Below, piece by piece: positions 1-8,016 of a DNA stretch of 64,000 nt (position 1 is its first letter; the number at the start of each line of letters is the position of its first letter). This DNA comes from Minisyncoccota bacterium (GTDB lineage Bacteria; Patescibacteriota; Minisyncoccia; Phycocordibacterales; CALRHW01), in NCBI GenBank assembly GCA_046350795.1, contig JAXLZT010000001.1, positions 389,164 to 453,163 on the forward strand. Reading direction: 5' to 3'. The position numbers and the translations under genes are program-made. The notes beneath the pieces were generated by a model that worked only from the letters and a program-made list of their open reading frames with translations, was not told the origin of the DNA and ran no database searches.

Positions 1-474
1 ATGACGATAGCTGACCTTGGCGCTGGTTCTGGTGCATATTGTGAGCCAGTAGCTATTGCTGTGGGCGACAAAGGCAAAGTATACGCTGTAGATGTACAAA
101 AAGATCTTTTGGCCAAGATAAAAAATGATGCCAACAAAAATCACATTTTAAATATAGAAGTGATTTGGGGTGATATAGAAAAAGTGGGTGGCACAAAGCT
201 ACGTGATGGCTGTGTCGACGGTGTCATAGCTAGCAACATACTTTTTCAGCTCACAAATAAAGAAGGTTTTCGTGCTGAAGTCAGGAGAATACTAAAGCCG
301 GGCGGTAGACTTTTTGTGATTGATTGGACCGACTCTTTTGGAGGACTTGGTCCACAGGGGGCATCTGTTTTTTCAGCTTCTTCATGTAAGAATTTTTTTC
401 AGACCGACTTTAATATTGAAAAAGAGTTTAATGCGGGTGCGCATCATTACGGGATAATTTTCAAAAAAAAATAA
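1..474 (+). CDS. SAM-dependent methyltransferase, class I (5' end truncated by window edge)
   Basis: Motif I-like DLGAGSGAY and the acidic loop VYAVDV near the N-terminus. The ORF begins at base 1. Confidence 0.55.
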   Translation: MTIADLGAGSGAYCEPVAIAVGDKGKVYAVDVQKDLLAKIKNDANKNHILNIEVIWGDIEKVGGTKLRDGCVDGVIASNILFQLTNKEGFRAEVRRILKPGGRLFVIDWTDSFGGLGPQGASVFSASSCKNFFQTDFNIEKEFNAGAHHYGIIFKKK

Positions 475-475
475 T

Positions 476-1777
476 ATGAAAGAAATGAGCAAATTTCAGT
501 TGATATTTATGGGAATTTTTGCAATTTTTATATTTGTTGGCGTGGCCATTTTTGCTCTAGGTAAATTTGGTAATAATCAGACTACTTCTACTGTGGTTGT
601 GTGGGGTTTTTTACCAATGAGTAAATGGAATGAGCTTGCCTCTGGACCAACACTAAGGGGAAATAAGCTTATTAAATTTGAGTATGTTCAAAAGACGGAA
701 GCGGGTTTTGATCAGGATTTGATAGAAGCACTCGCTTCTGGAAAAGGTCCGGATATTTTCTTTTTGACTCAGGATTCTATTTTAAAACATAAGGACAAGA
801 TACTACCGATACCATACAAGACGCTTTCAGAGCGGGATTTTAAAGATGTTTTCGTGCAAGAGGGTGAGCTTTATTTATCAAAAGATGGTGTGCTTGGTTT
901 GCCATTTACTATTGATCCAATGGTGATGTATTGGAATAGAACTATTTTTTCAAATGCAGGGCTTGCTGTGCCACCAAAATATTGGAGTGATTTTTACAAT
1001 CTATCTCAGGTGCTTACTATTAAAGACGGTTCTTTAAACATAAATCAAAGTACTGTAGCTTTGGGTGAATATGCAAATGTGTCACACGCTACAGAGCTTA
1101 TGGGTTTGCTTGTGATGCAAGCTGGTGGAGCAGTGTCTCAAAAAATAGATAATCAAGTAGAGAGCACTCTTTCAAATGATTTTAATGCGCCTATTGCACC
1201 AGCAGTTTCAGCCCTCTCTTTCTTTACTGAATTTGTAAATCCTCTTAAACCTTTTTATTCTTGGAATCGTTCTCTGCCAACATCTAAAAATCATTTTATC
1301 TTTGGAGATCTAGCCGTGTATTTTGGATATGCTTCTGAAGTAGAAGATATTCAAAATAAAAATCCAAATCTTAATTTTGATGTAGCAAAAATTCCTCAAT
1401 CCAAAGATGCTAGTGAGATTATCACTTTTGGAAAAATAAATGGCTTGGCTGTATCAAAAGCTTCCAAAAATCCTAGCGCAGCCATACAAGCCGCATTACT
1501 TTTGGTAAGTAAATCAGTGCTAAGTGAGCTTGGCGTTCTCACAAATCTGCCACCAGTACGCAAAGACATGCTCGCTGTGCGCCCGAGTGATACTTATATG
1601 TCTATATTTTACGATGGCGCAATACAATCTCGTGGTTGGCTTTCTCCTGACAAAAAAGAAGCCGATAAAATTTTTAAAGAAATGATAGAGTCTGTGACTG
1701 GCAACAGACGCACAGTGTCTGATTCTGTAAATCGTGCAGACTCGGAGCTTCAGATTTTATTTAAAAAAATGAAATAA
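476..1777 (+). CDS. N-terminally membrane-anchored extracellular protein, possibly solute-binding-protein-like
   Basis: Single N-terminal TM helix followed by a 400-aa hydrophilic domain. It starts 2 nt after the upstream stop codon. Product assignment is weak. Confidence 0.4.
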   Translation: MKEMSKFQLIFMGIFAIFIFVGVAIFALGKFGNNQTTSTVVVWGFLPMSKWNELASGPTLRGNKLIKFEYVQKTEAGFDQDLIEALASGKGPDIFFLTQDSILKHKDKILPIPYKTLSERDFKDVFVQEGELYLSKDGVLGLPFTIDPMVMYWNRTIFSNAGLAVPPKYWSDFYNLSQVLTIKDGSLNINQSTVALGEYANVSHATELMGLLVMQAGGAVSQKIDNQVESTLSNDFNAPIAPAVSALSFFTEFVNPLKPFYSWNRSLPTSKNHFIFGDLAVYFGYASEVEDIQNKNPNLNFDVAKIPQSKDASEIITFGKINGLAVSKASKNPSAAIQAALLLVSKSVLSELGVLTNLPPVRKDMLAVRPSDTYMSIFYDGAIQSRGWLSPDKKEADKIFKEMIESVTGNRRTVSDSVNRADSELQILFKKMK

Positions 1778-1778
1778 A

Positions 1779-2201
1779 ATGAAATCATCAATTAAAGTTT
1801 TATTAGCGAGTTTTTGTATGGTGCTGATTTTTTCTGCTAGCTTTGCACCGGTTTTTGTGCAGGCAAAAATACTTAGAGGTATCATTCCTTGTGGCAATTC
1901 ATCAAGTGGTGCCACCCCAGGTCAGATAAAAGCAGAAGAATGCAACTTTGGTGATCTACTTGCCCTGGGTCAAAATATTATAAAGACATTAGTTCTTTTA
2001 TCTATACCTATTACGGCTATAGTTTTTTGCTGGGCAGGATTTTTGTATCTATCTTCGGGTGGTGATACAAGTAAAATAAAACAAGCTAAAGAGATTTTTT
2101 GGAAAGTAATGTGGGGATTTATATTCATTCTGACAGCTTGGCTCATAGTATATGCTGCCACATCGCTTTTGGCGCCCGGTTTTAGTTTCTTATTGAAATA
2201 A
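1779..2201 (+). CDS. small membrane protein with C-terminal two-TM module (member 1 of paralogous array; VirB2/TrbC-pilin-like?)
   Basis: Signal peptide. The C-terminus (AIVFCWAGFLY...GG.TS..KQAKEIFWKVMWGFIFILTAW) aligns with the FFWG...WG..LFVMFS.WG family of the next genes. Confidence 0.5.
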   Translation: MKSSIKVLLASFCMVLIFSASFAPVFVQAKILRGIIPCGNSSSGATPGQIKAEECNFGDLLALGQNIIKTLVLLSIPITAIVFCWAGFLYLSSGGDTSKIKQAKEIFWKVMWGFIFILTAWLIVYAATSLLAPGFSFLLK

Positions 2202-2215
2202 TATATAATAAAAAC

Positions 2216-2713
2216 ATGAAATTTTTATTCACAGCACTTTTTACTCTAGCACTATCATCGTTTTTTGTTTTTACTGCGCACGCTCAAATGCTTCCAGAGC
2301 CGATGGATGCTGGTGGAGGTTATAGTGCTGGTGACACATCATTTCCTGGTCCAAATGGCCAGGGCACATCATTTCCTGGTCCAAATGGTCAAGGTTCCTC
2401 TTTTCCAAACCCATTTGGAAATACCAGTAACACAAACAGTCTTTCTGGTTTTGTACAGTTTGCTCTTGAAAAAATAGTTTTGCCTATCGGTGCAGTTGTT
2501 GTCGTGTTTTTTGTAATATACTCCGGATATCTTTTTGTGACGGCAAACGGTAGCGAAGACAAGCTTGAAAAAGCAAAGCACACATTTCTCGGTGTCGTGA
2601 TTGGCGCAGCAATACTTTTAGGATCTTGGACTATAGCTAGTGCAATAAAAGGTACTCTGTGTGAGATTGCGCCAAGTATTCCGGGTTTGTGTGGTGGTAG
2701 CAATAATCTTTAA
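2216..2713 (+). CDS. small membrane protein with SFPGPNGQG repeats plus C-terminal two-TM module (array member 2)
   Basis: Signal peptide. Three tandem 12-aa Gly/Pro repeats are encoded by a 36-bp direct repeat at about 2336-2410. The C-terminal two-TM module is homologous to the neighbouring genes. Confidence 0.5.
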   Translation: MKFLFTALFTLALSSFFVFTAHAQMLPEPMDAGGGYSAGDTSFPGPNGQGTSFPGPNGQGSSFPNPFGNTSNTNSLSGFVQFALEKIVLPIGAVVVVFFVIYSGYLFVTANGSEDKLEKAKHTFLGVVIGAAILLGSWTIASAIKGTLCEIAPSIPGLCGGSNNL

Positions 2714-2724
2714 TAAAAAAATTC

Positions 2725-3024
2725 ATGTGTCCATCCACCCCCAAAACATTTAAAGACGTCATCTGCATCTTTTTGGATTTGTTTAGTTTGATTATCCCGC
2801 TTTTGGCCGGACTGGCTCTTTTGGCTTTCTTTTGGGGTTTAGCAAAATTTATTTACAACGCTGGTAGTGAGTCTGCTCGAGAAGATGCAAAAAATGTAAT
2901 GTTCTGGGGAATTATTGGTCTATTTGTGATGTTTTCTATTTGGGGTATCGTCTCTTTCTTTACCCAAGACTTCTTTGGTGTAAGTTTTACTGGTCTACCA
3001 AGGTTGCCAGTTTTCCAAAATTAA
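2725..3024 (+). CDS. small two-TM protein, FFWG..WG family (array member 3)
   Basis: LLAFFWGLAKF...AREDAKNVMFWGIIGLFVMFSIWG. This is one of six near-collinear paralogs. Confidence 0.55.
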   Translation: MCPSTPKTFKDVICIFLDLFSLIIPLLAGLALLAFFWGLAKFIYNAGSESAREDAKNVMFWGIIGLFVMFSIWGIVSFFTQDFFGVSFTGLPRLPVFQN

Positions 3025-3028
3025 TGTC

Positions 3029-3361
3029 ATGAAGTATTTTTTAGTAATCTTTTCTTTGCTCTTACCGATTTTTGCACACGCTGCTGTTTCAAATGCGCGT
3101 GATCTCATACTAGCCGTCACTTCTTTGATTACTTTGGGTACTCCGATAGTCGCCGGTATTGCCCTCGCTGTTTTCTTCTGGGGTCTTGCTAGATTTATGT
3201 ATCATTCTGACAGCGAGGATTCAAAAGAAGAGGGGAAAAGAATAATGTTTTGGGGGATTATAGCTCTTTTTGTAATGTTTTCTGTGTGGGGTCTGGTCAC
3301 TTTTGTGGCTTCGGGCTTGGGAGTAGACGCCCATCCTGCAAACATGCTTTACGAGTTTTAG
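3029..3361 (+). CDS. small two-TM protein, FFWG..WG family (array member 4)
   Basis: Signal peptide followed by AVFFWGLARF...SKEEGKRIMFWGIIALFVMFSVWG. Confidence 0.55.
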   Translation: MKYFLVIFSLLLPIFAHAAVSNARDLILAVTSLITLGTPIVAGIALAVFFWGLARFMYHSDSEDSKEEGKRIMFWGIIALFVMFSVWGLVTFVASGLGVDAHPANMLYEF

Positions 3362-3454
3362 AGCTATTCACAACAAGCATTGTTTTTGTCTAGCCTTGTA
3401 GTATGATTATTGTATAGTTTTTGGATAATTATTAGTTAAGTAATTTTAAGAAAG

Positions 3455-3802
3455 ATGAAAAAAGTTATATTAGGAGGTGCAATGTTTTTTCTTCCCGCAT
3501 TTGTGTTTGCTGCAGAAGCCCTAAACAATGTTTACGGTATTATTCAGTCTATAGGTCAGATAGTGAGTGCTGTGATTCCAATAGTTTTTGCTCTTATCTT
3601 GGTTTATTTCTTTTGGGGTCTTGCAAGATTTGTCCTCAACTCAGGTGATGAAGACGCTAGAAAAGCGGGCCGTGGAATGATGATCTGGGGTATCGTAGCT
3701 CTTTTCGTAGCTGCTTCTGTGTGGGGTCTTACTGAGTTTATCGGAAAAGCACTTGGTATAAATGATGTTCAGGGTGTTCAGGTTCCTGGTATCTACAACT
3801 AG
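3455..3802 (+). CDS. small two-TM protein, FFWG..WG family (array member 5)
   Basis: Signal peptide followed by VYFFWGLARF...ARKAGRGMMIWGIVALFVAASVWG. There is a promoter-like AT-rich spacer upstream (3362-3454). Confidence 0.55.
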   Translation: MKKVILGGAMFFLPAFVFAAEALNNVYGIIQSIGQIVSAVIPIVFALILVYFFWGLARFVLNSGDEDARKAGRGMMIWGIVALFVAASVWGLTEFIGKALGINDVQGVQVPGIYN

Positions 3803-3814
3803 TAGTTACAATAA

Positions 3815-4078
3815 GTGATGACTATCAATACGCTTCTCAATAAGATTATTTCTGTAATACTCCAACCCATTGTTGTTTTGATGTTTGTGGTGGCTTTGAT
3901 GGTATTTTTCTGGGGAATTGTCCAGTTTATAAACACATCAAACACAGACGACGGTAGGGAAAAGGGGAAAAGAAATATCTTGTGGGGGGTTGTTGGAATG
4001 TTCATAATGTTTTCTGTGTACGGAATCATTCACATCATTTTACAGACGTTTGGCATTCCATCTCCATCGTATCTTTAA
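3815..4078 (+). CDS. small two-TM protein, FFWG..WG family (array member 6)
   Basis: MVFFWGIVQF...GREKGKRNILWGVVGMFIMFSVYG. Confidence 0.55.
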   Translation: MMTINTLLNKIISVILQPIVVLMFVVALMVFFWGIVQFINTSNTDDGREKGKRNILWGVVGMFIMFSVYGIIHIILQTFGIPSPSYL

Positions 4079-4088
4079 AAAATAGAAA

Positions 4089-4115
4089 ATCGCCCTTCTG
4101 GGCGGTTTTTGTTTG
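4089..4115 (+). terminator. intrinsic terminator closing the small-protein array
   Basis: CGCCC-TTCT-GGGCG stem-loop followed by TTTTTGTTTG. Confidence 0.5.
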
Positions 4116-4133
4116 TGTAAATAAGCGTGTCTT

Positions 4134-4174
4134 TTATAAAAGAAAGAAGCGGTAGACCACGTGGGTCCACCGCT
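4134..4174 (-). terminator. GC-clamp hairpin with TCTTTCTTTTAT tail (island-style terminator)
   Basis: AGCGGT...ACCGCT stem with inner GACC/GGTC pairing. On the minus strand it is followed by tctttcttttata. Confidence 0.4.
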
Positions 4175-4193
4175 CCGGATGAGATTGTTCAGC

Positions 4194-4904
4194 TCATCGC
4201 TGTTGTTCGGTCAGGTCACAGATTGCGGTGTACTGAAACACCTTGTTTCCGGACGTCGACGCTGGTCTTGACCGGAAAGCCATTACTGGCCCCGTCAGTT
4301 TCTCTCTTCCGAGATCAATCTGTCGCCCAGGCAGGTGTTTGGCTTTCACCACTCCACCATCGGCTTGCTGGAGCTCTAGGTCGAGCTCCTTGTCTGAAAG
4401 AATGGTTACTTTCTTGACGTTTGATGGCAGGTTTTGCCAATCCGACCACACCCCCGGCTCAGATGTGATCAGCAGGTTTGTCGAGCCAGCAACACTTGTT
4501 GCGATCACTTTCGGCGTTGAAGCCCTTACCACCAGACCGATCACACCAGAAATGGCCACAACAAAAGACGGTACCAAGATGATCAGGATCCACACGATCT
4601 TGAGGATCTTGCCCCAGGACCACTTGCGCGGGTCTGGACGAATCCAGAAGAGGGTGGCGATGAGCAGGATCACTCCACCAATCCATGCCAGGACCGGCCA
4701 CATGGAAGACCAGATGGCATAGAAGTCCGGTGGAGTGACGCTCTTTGAGACGATGCCGACGATGATAAACGTCGCCAGCAGACTGATCATTGTCAAAGCA
4801 TTCTTGGAGAATGCTTGAGTTTTGATCCACTTGGTAGCGACCTTCCTGTTTCGCCAACCAAGAACGACTCGATTGGTCACGTTTTTTCTCAGCCAATTCT
4901 TCAT
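4194..4904 (-). CDS. GC-rich membrane protein (three N-terminal TM helices plus a roughly 110-aa soluble C-terminal domain); possible NfeD-like partner of the adjacent SPFH protein
   Basis: Perfect SD (AAGGAGGTGAA) 2 nt ahead of the ATG at 4904. The composition is GC-rich. The product assignment is inferred only from its adjacency to the SPFH gene. Confidence 0.45.
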   Translation of the reverse strand: MKNWLRKNVTNRVVLGWRNRKVATKWIKTQAFSKNALTMISLLATFIIVGIVSKSVTPPDFYAIWSSMWPVLAWIGGVILLIATLFWIRPDPRKWSWGKILKIVWILIILVPSFVVAISGVIGLVVRASTPKVIATSVAGSTNLLITSEPGVWSDWQNLPSNVKKVTILSDKELDLELQQADGGVVKAKHLPGRQIDLGREKLTGPVMAFRSRPASTSGNKVFQYTAICDLTEQQR

Positions 4905-5039
4905 GGTTCACCTCCTTGGTGAATATGATTTTGTAGGTTTACCCGGAAGTTTACAAGGAACAATTCCTTATGTCCACTGCTTTAATACTAGCACAATTTT
5001 ACTTAAAAGTCAAGCATCTCAAATATGAAAATAATCGTC

Positions 5040-5084
5040 TTTTTAAATGAAAGGGCCGCGCAGCTCTGAAGAATTGCGCGGCCC
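5040..5084 (-). terminator. GC-clamp hairpin terminator downstream of SPFH gene
   Basis: GGGCCGCGCA...TGCGCGGCCC stem followed on the minus strand by TTTCATTTAAAAAG. Confidence 0.5.
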
Positions 5085-5115
5085 GTATTGATTCACACAC
5101 ATCACCTTGCGGTGA

Positions 5116-6300
5116 TTACTTGCCGTCGTTGGAAAGAGGCAATGTCACCCCAGGTACTTGACCAAGGACCAGTGTTCCCTTGACTTGGGAGTACTTGTCT
5201 GCCATGTACATGGCAGCTCCAGCACCATTGCCGGCGGTAGCAATCGCACCATAGCCCTCAGCTTGCGCTTTGAGCATGGCTTCTTCACCCTTTGCCTTGG
5301 CGACCAGATTGGCCTCCTCAACATTGGCCTTGGCTTTACCCTCGGCTTCAATGCCGGGAGCAGCAGCCAACTTCATCTCAGCTTCTTGACGTGCCCGCTG
5401 GATTTCCAGCTGGCCTGCGATGTACTCAGGTGGGGCTTCGATGGCCACAAGTTTGATCTCGACGATCTCTTGTCCCACCGTTTCCATGATACCGGGGTAT
5501 TCTTTGTCCCCGATCACCACCTTTTCGTTGACTGCCATGAGCGCTTGGATGAGTTCTGAGTTAGCCTCAATCCTTCCACCAGACGTTGTCAAACCCTTGA
5601 TGATTGTCTCAAAGGTTCGTCCTTCCTTGCCTGCGTACTGAAGCAGACCAGAAAAGATTGCCACCTTGACCCTGTTGATCCAGTCGCCCGGATTTGATGA
5701 GGTGCCAAAGAGTGTCTTGTGGACGTTTCTCGTTCTCAGCTGTACTGAGAGACGAAACTTCAGCTTGTTCTGTTTGCTGTCTTCCACTCCATCGATCTCC
5801 ATTCCGTACTGGTATGTACAAAAATGGAGTTGGATTTCCTCGGGTTCATGTGGGACGATCTTGTCGCCATCCACTTTTTCCCAAGCAAATTTCCACCTCA
5901 ATGGCTTGAAAATCGGATACCATCCGATCCACTCATAACCGTAGAGGCGGTGGATGAAGCTTCTTTCAAAGTCTCCTGGGAGTACTTCTCCACTGCCACT
6001 TGGACAGAGATGCTCACCCTTTTTCCAGTGAAACATCTTGTGCACGGTGCCACCATGCATGACCACCGCGTCGCAGTTTTCCTGCGCTTTGATGAAGAAT
6101 TTGGTGCCTCCATCAACCTTCGGATCGGCGAGCCGAGCGATGATGACACCGCACACCCACCAAGCCAGAAAGGTCAGACCACCCACCATGGCAATGATGC
6201 CGAGTGTGATGAACGCTGACACCGGTCCAAAGACCAGCCATGACAGGACGAATCCTGCCACGAGGGAGAACCAGAAAGACCAGCTCTTGAGAAAATTCAT
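5116..6300 (-). CDS. SPFH/band-7 (flotillin/YqiK-like) membrane protein, GC-rich
   Basis: Two N-terminal TM helices. The C-terminal region is rich in E/A/K/Q repeats (QLEIQRARQEAEMKLAA...AEGKAKANVEEANLVAKAKGEEAMLKAQAEGY), typical of flotillin-like proteins. SD AAAGGGGTG. Confidence 0.55.
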   Translation of the reverse strand: MNFLKSWSFWFSLVAGFVLSWLVFGPVSAFITLGIIAMVGGLTFLAWWVCGVIIARLADPKVDGGTKFFIKAQENCDAVVMHGGTVHKMFHWKKGEHLCPSGSGEVLPGDFERSFIHRLYGYEWIGWYPIFKPLRWKFAWEKVDGDKIVPHEPEEIQLHFCTYQYGMEIDGVEDSKQNKLKFRLSVQLRTRNVHKTLFGTSSNPGDWINRVKVAIFSGLLQYAGKEGRTFETIIKGLTTSGGRIEANSELIQALMAVNEKVVIGDKEYPGIMETVGQEIVEIKLVAIEAPPEYIAGQLEIQRARQEAEMKLAAAPGIEAEGKAKANVEEANLVAKAKGEEAMLKAQAEGYGAIATAGNGAGAAMYMADKYSQVKGTLVLGQVPGVTLPLSNDGK

Positions 6301-6358
6301 TGCGCACCCCTTTCAAAAGGTGTTAGTTGTTTATCTACCCAGAGGTCAATATCGTGAA

Positions 6359-6375
6359 AGTGGCAACGTGCCACT
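6359..6375. promoter_or_regulatory. perfect palindrome AGTGGCA-ACG-TGCCACT in the 5'UTR of the SPFH gene
   Basis: 7-bp inverted arms lying between a TTGACT/TATACT-like promoter (about 6405-6435, minus strand) and the SD. Confidence 0.3.
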
Positions 6376-6456
6376 TGTGTGTGATTACAAAAAACTCCAC
6401 CCTGATTAGTATAACAAAATACTACAAAAGTCAAGATTAGATAATCTCCACAAAAG

Positions 6457-6541
6457 TGGTGGGCGAGGGGAGAGTCGAACTCCCATGGATTACTCCACTA
6501 GTTCCTAAGACTAGCGCGGCTACCAATTACGCCACTCGCCC
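6457..6541 (-). tRNA. tRNA-Leu (anticodon TAG)
   Basis: Hand-folded cloverleaf. Acceptor GGGCGAG/CTCGCCC, anticodon loop CTTAGGA, long variable arm, T-arm GGGAG-TTCGACT-CTCCC. Confidence 0.8.
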
Positions 6542-6593
6542 AAATTTTTAAAAAATACCTATTGTCGGTCACTGCTTTCTTCGCACAACCGAG

Positions 6594-6666
6594 TCCGCCC
6601 ACCAGGATTCGAACCTGGGACCCACCGCTTAAGAGGCGGTTGCTCTACCAACTGAGCTATGGACGG
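6594..6666 (-). tRNA. tRNA-Lys (anticodon CTT)
   Basis: 73-nt cloverleaf. Acceptor CCGTCCA/TGGGCGG, D-arm GCTC-AGTTGGTA-GAGC, anticodon loop CTCTTAA, T-arm CCAGG-TTCGAAT-CCTGG. Confidence 0.8.
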
Positions 6667-6763
6667 TTATTAAACCTTGGTTTCAAACTACCAAAACAGC
6701 TATGGACGGTTATTAAACCTTGGTTTCAAACTACCAAAACAGCTATGGACGGTTATTAAAAGT
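6658..6763. repeat. 2.4 tandem copies of a 43-bp unit that begins inside the 5' end of tRNA-Lys
   Basis: The unit gctatggacggttattaaaccttggtttcaaactaccaaaaca repeats with exact 43-bp period (tatggacggt at 6658, 6701 and 6744). Confidence 0.85.
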
Positions 6764-6785
6764 ACATTTTATTTAATACCGTATC

Positions 6786-6834
6786 CTACATAAAAGAATA
6801 GAGCCGGGCAAGAACAAGTCGTGCCACAGGCTCT
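6786..6834 (-). terminator. GC-clamp hairpin with ATTCTTTTATG tail
   Basis: AGAGCCGGGCA...TGCCACAGGCTCT stem, downstream of the 83-aa membrane-protein gene. Confidence 0.4.
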
Positions 6835-6865
6835 GGGGTGGGGAGATGGCGACTGTGATGGTGGC

Positions 6866-7117
6866 TCATCCGTGAGCGGTCTGACGCATCAGAAACGCGT
6901 GGTGCTTCTTGGCCAGTATCTCTGACACAACCAGAATGTTCACCGCTGCAATCGTGACGGTCACCAACATGCAAAGCATCGCTGGGAAGATCGGCCAGTA
7001 GAGGAAGTCCTTGGTGGTCTGGTGCTGGTACATGAAGTACACAGCCATGACCGCAACCACCAGGCCGATCAAGTCCGTCAGTATGAGCCACCTGATCTGG
7101 CGGCGCAACTTTTTCAT
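6866..7117 (-). CDS. small GC-rich two-TM membrane protein (83 aa)
   Basis: Two hydrophobic helices. SD AAAGGAA precedes the ATG at 7117. Preferred over the overlapping 128-aa ORF 6786..7172. Confidence 0.45.
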   Translation of the reverse strand: MKKLRRQIRWLILTDLIGLVVAVMAVYFMYQHQTTKDFLYWPIFPAMLCMLVTVTIAAVNILVVSEILAKKHHAFLMRQTAHG

Positions 7118-7261
7118 GCCATTGTTCCTTTTCAGCTAGTGTTTGTCGCATCTCCACGACCGGAACTGTCATTTTTTACGATTATGACAGCACCCACATT
7201 ATCTAGTTTTTTTTGATAAAAGTCAATAAAAGTAATACACATATATCGGATTCTTGTATTG

Positions 7262-7309
7262 GTTGAAAAATAAAATCCGCCGGACACCACGAACGTGGGC
7301 CGGCGGATT
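7262..7309 (-). terminator. hairpin AATCCGCCGG...CCGGCGGATT with T-rich tail on minus strand
   Basis: 10-bp GC-rich stem followed on the minus strand by TTTATTTTTC. Confidence 0.4.
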
Positions 7310-7342
7310 GGCGGAGGTGCGAGTTGGTTTGCAGGGATCGGG

Positions 7343-7678
7343 TCAAACACAAATGACCAAAGTCCTGTTGACGTGAAGTCTGATGTCTGTGATGAGCTCG
7401 TGGTCATCACTGCCGACGAGCGCTTGGATGATCTGCGACAGCTTGTTGAGGATCAGCCCTCGAATCGAGCTTGGCACCTCGGAGATTGCCAAGGTGATCA
7501 TCAAAGCCACCCCCTCCGGAGAGAATTCGTCCCCAGCCTTCTTGAGGAGAAGGTGATTGAATCCTTTCAGGTTTAGGTTGTCGATCGAAAACAGCCGATC
7601 ACACAGCTGGTTGTGTGGTGGGAGGACGATCACCTTCGTCTCACGGCCACACCGATCATTGTTCTCACTTGTCCGCAT
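7343..7678 (-). CDS. GC-rich hypothetical protein (111 aa)
   Basis: ORF with SD-like GAGAGG and its own terminator. A palindromic operator-like site lies upstream. No recognisable domain. Confidence 0.4.
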   Translation of the reverse strand: MRTSENNDRCGRETKVIVLPPHNQLCDRLFSIDNLNLKGFNHLLLKKAGDEFSPEGVALMITLAISEVPSSIRGLILNKLSQIIQALVGSDDHELITDIRLHVNRTLVICV

Positions 7679-7712
7679 CTGCTAGCCTCTCAATGTGCAA
7701 ATTTACCACGAT

Positions 7713-7733
7713 CCTTGTGGTAAAGGGTCGACG
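7713..7733. promoter_or_regulatory. perfect palindrome TTACCAC-GATCCTT-GTGGTAA upstream of the 111-aa gene
   Basis: 7-bp inverted arms located 35-55 nt upstream of the start codon at 7678. Confidence 0.3.
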
Positions 7734-7932
7734 CTCACCTGAGCGCAGACAAGAAAGAAATATATCACGATAAATAGAGTGGGTCAAATAAGAGGGGTGT
7801 GAGTATCTTTTGTTCAAGTTATACTTTGTGTTTTTTTATCCACCACTTTTTTATAGCAGGTAGATATTGTATAGAAATAAAAAATCCTCTTGAGGTTTTT
7901 TAATTTTTTCTTCCATGTTTAAATCCTAAATG

Positions 7933-8016
7933 TGCCCAGGGCGGGAGTCGAACCCACAAGAGCTTTCGCCCACAACATTTTAAGTGTTGCGCGTATACCA
8001 ATTCCGCCACCTAGGC
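7933..8016 (-). tRNA. tRNA-Leu (anticodon TAA)
   Basis: Cloverleaf with acceptor GCCTAGG/CCTGGGC, anticodon loop CTTAAAA, long variable arm, T-arm GTGGG-TTCGACT-CCCGC. Confidence 0.8.

Noticed and set aside
4127-4911. Plus-strand ORFs 4127..4417 and 4243..4722, and the minus-strand ORF 4459..4911
   Set aside because: They overlap the 4194..4904 membrane-protein gene, which alone has a perfect SD and coherent TM helices.
6786-7172. 128-aa minus-strand ORF
   Set aside because: It overlaps the 83-aa membrane-protein ORF in another frame, runs through that gene's terminator hairpin and has no SD. The 83-aa ORF is preferred.
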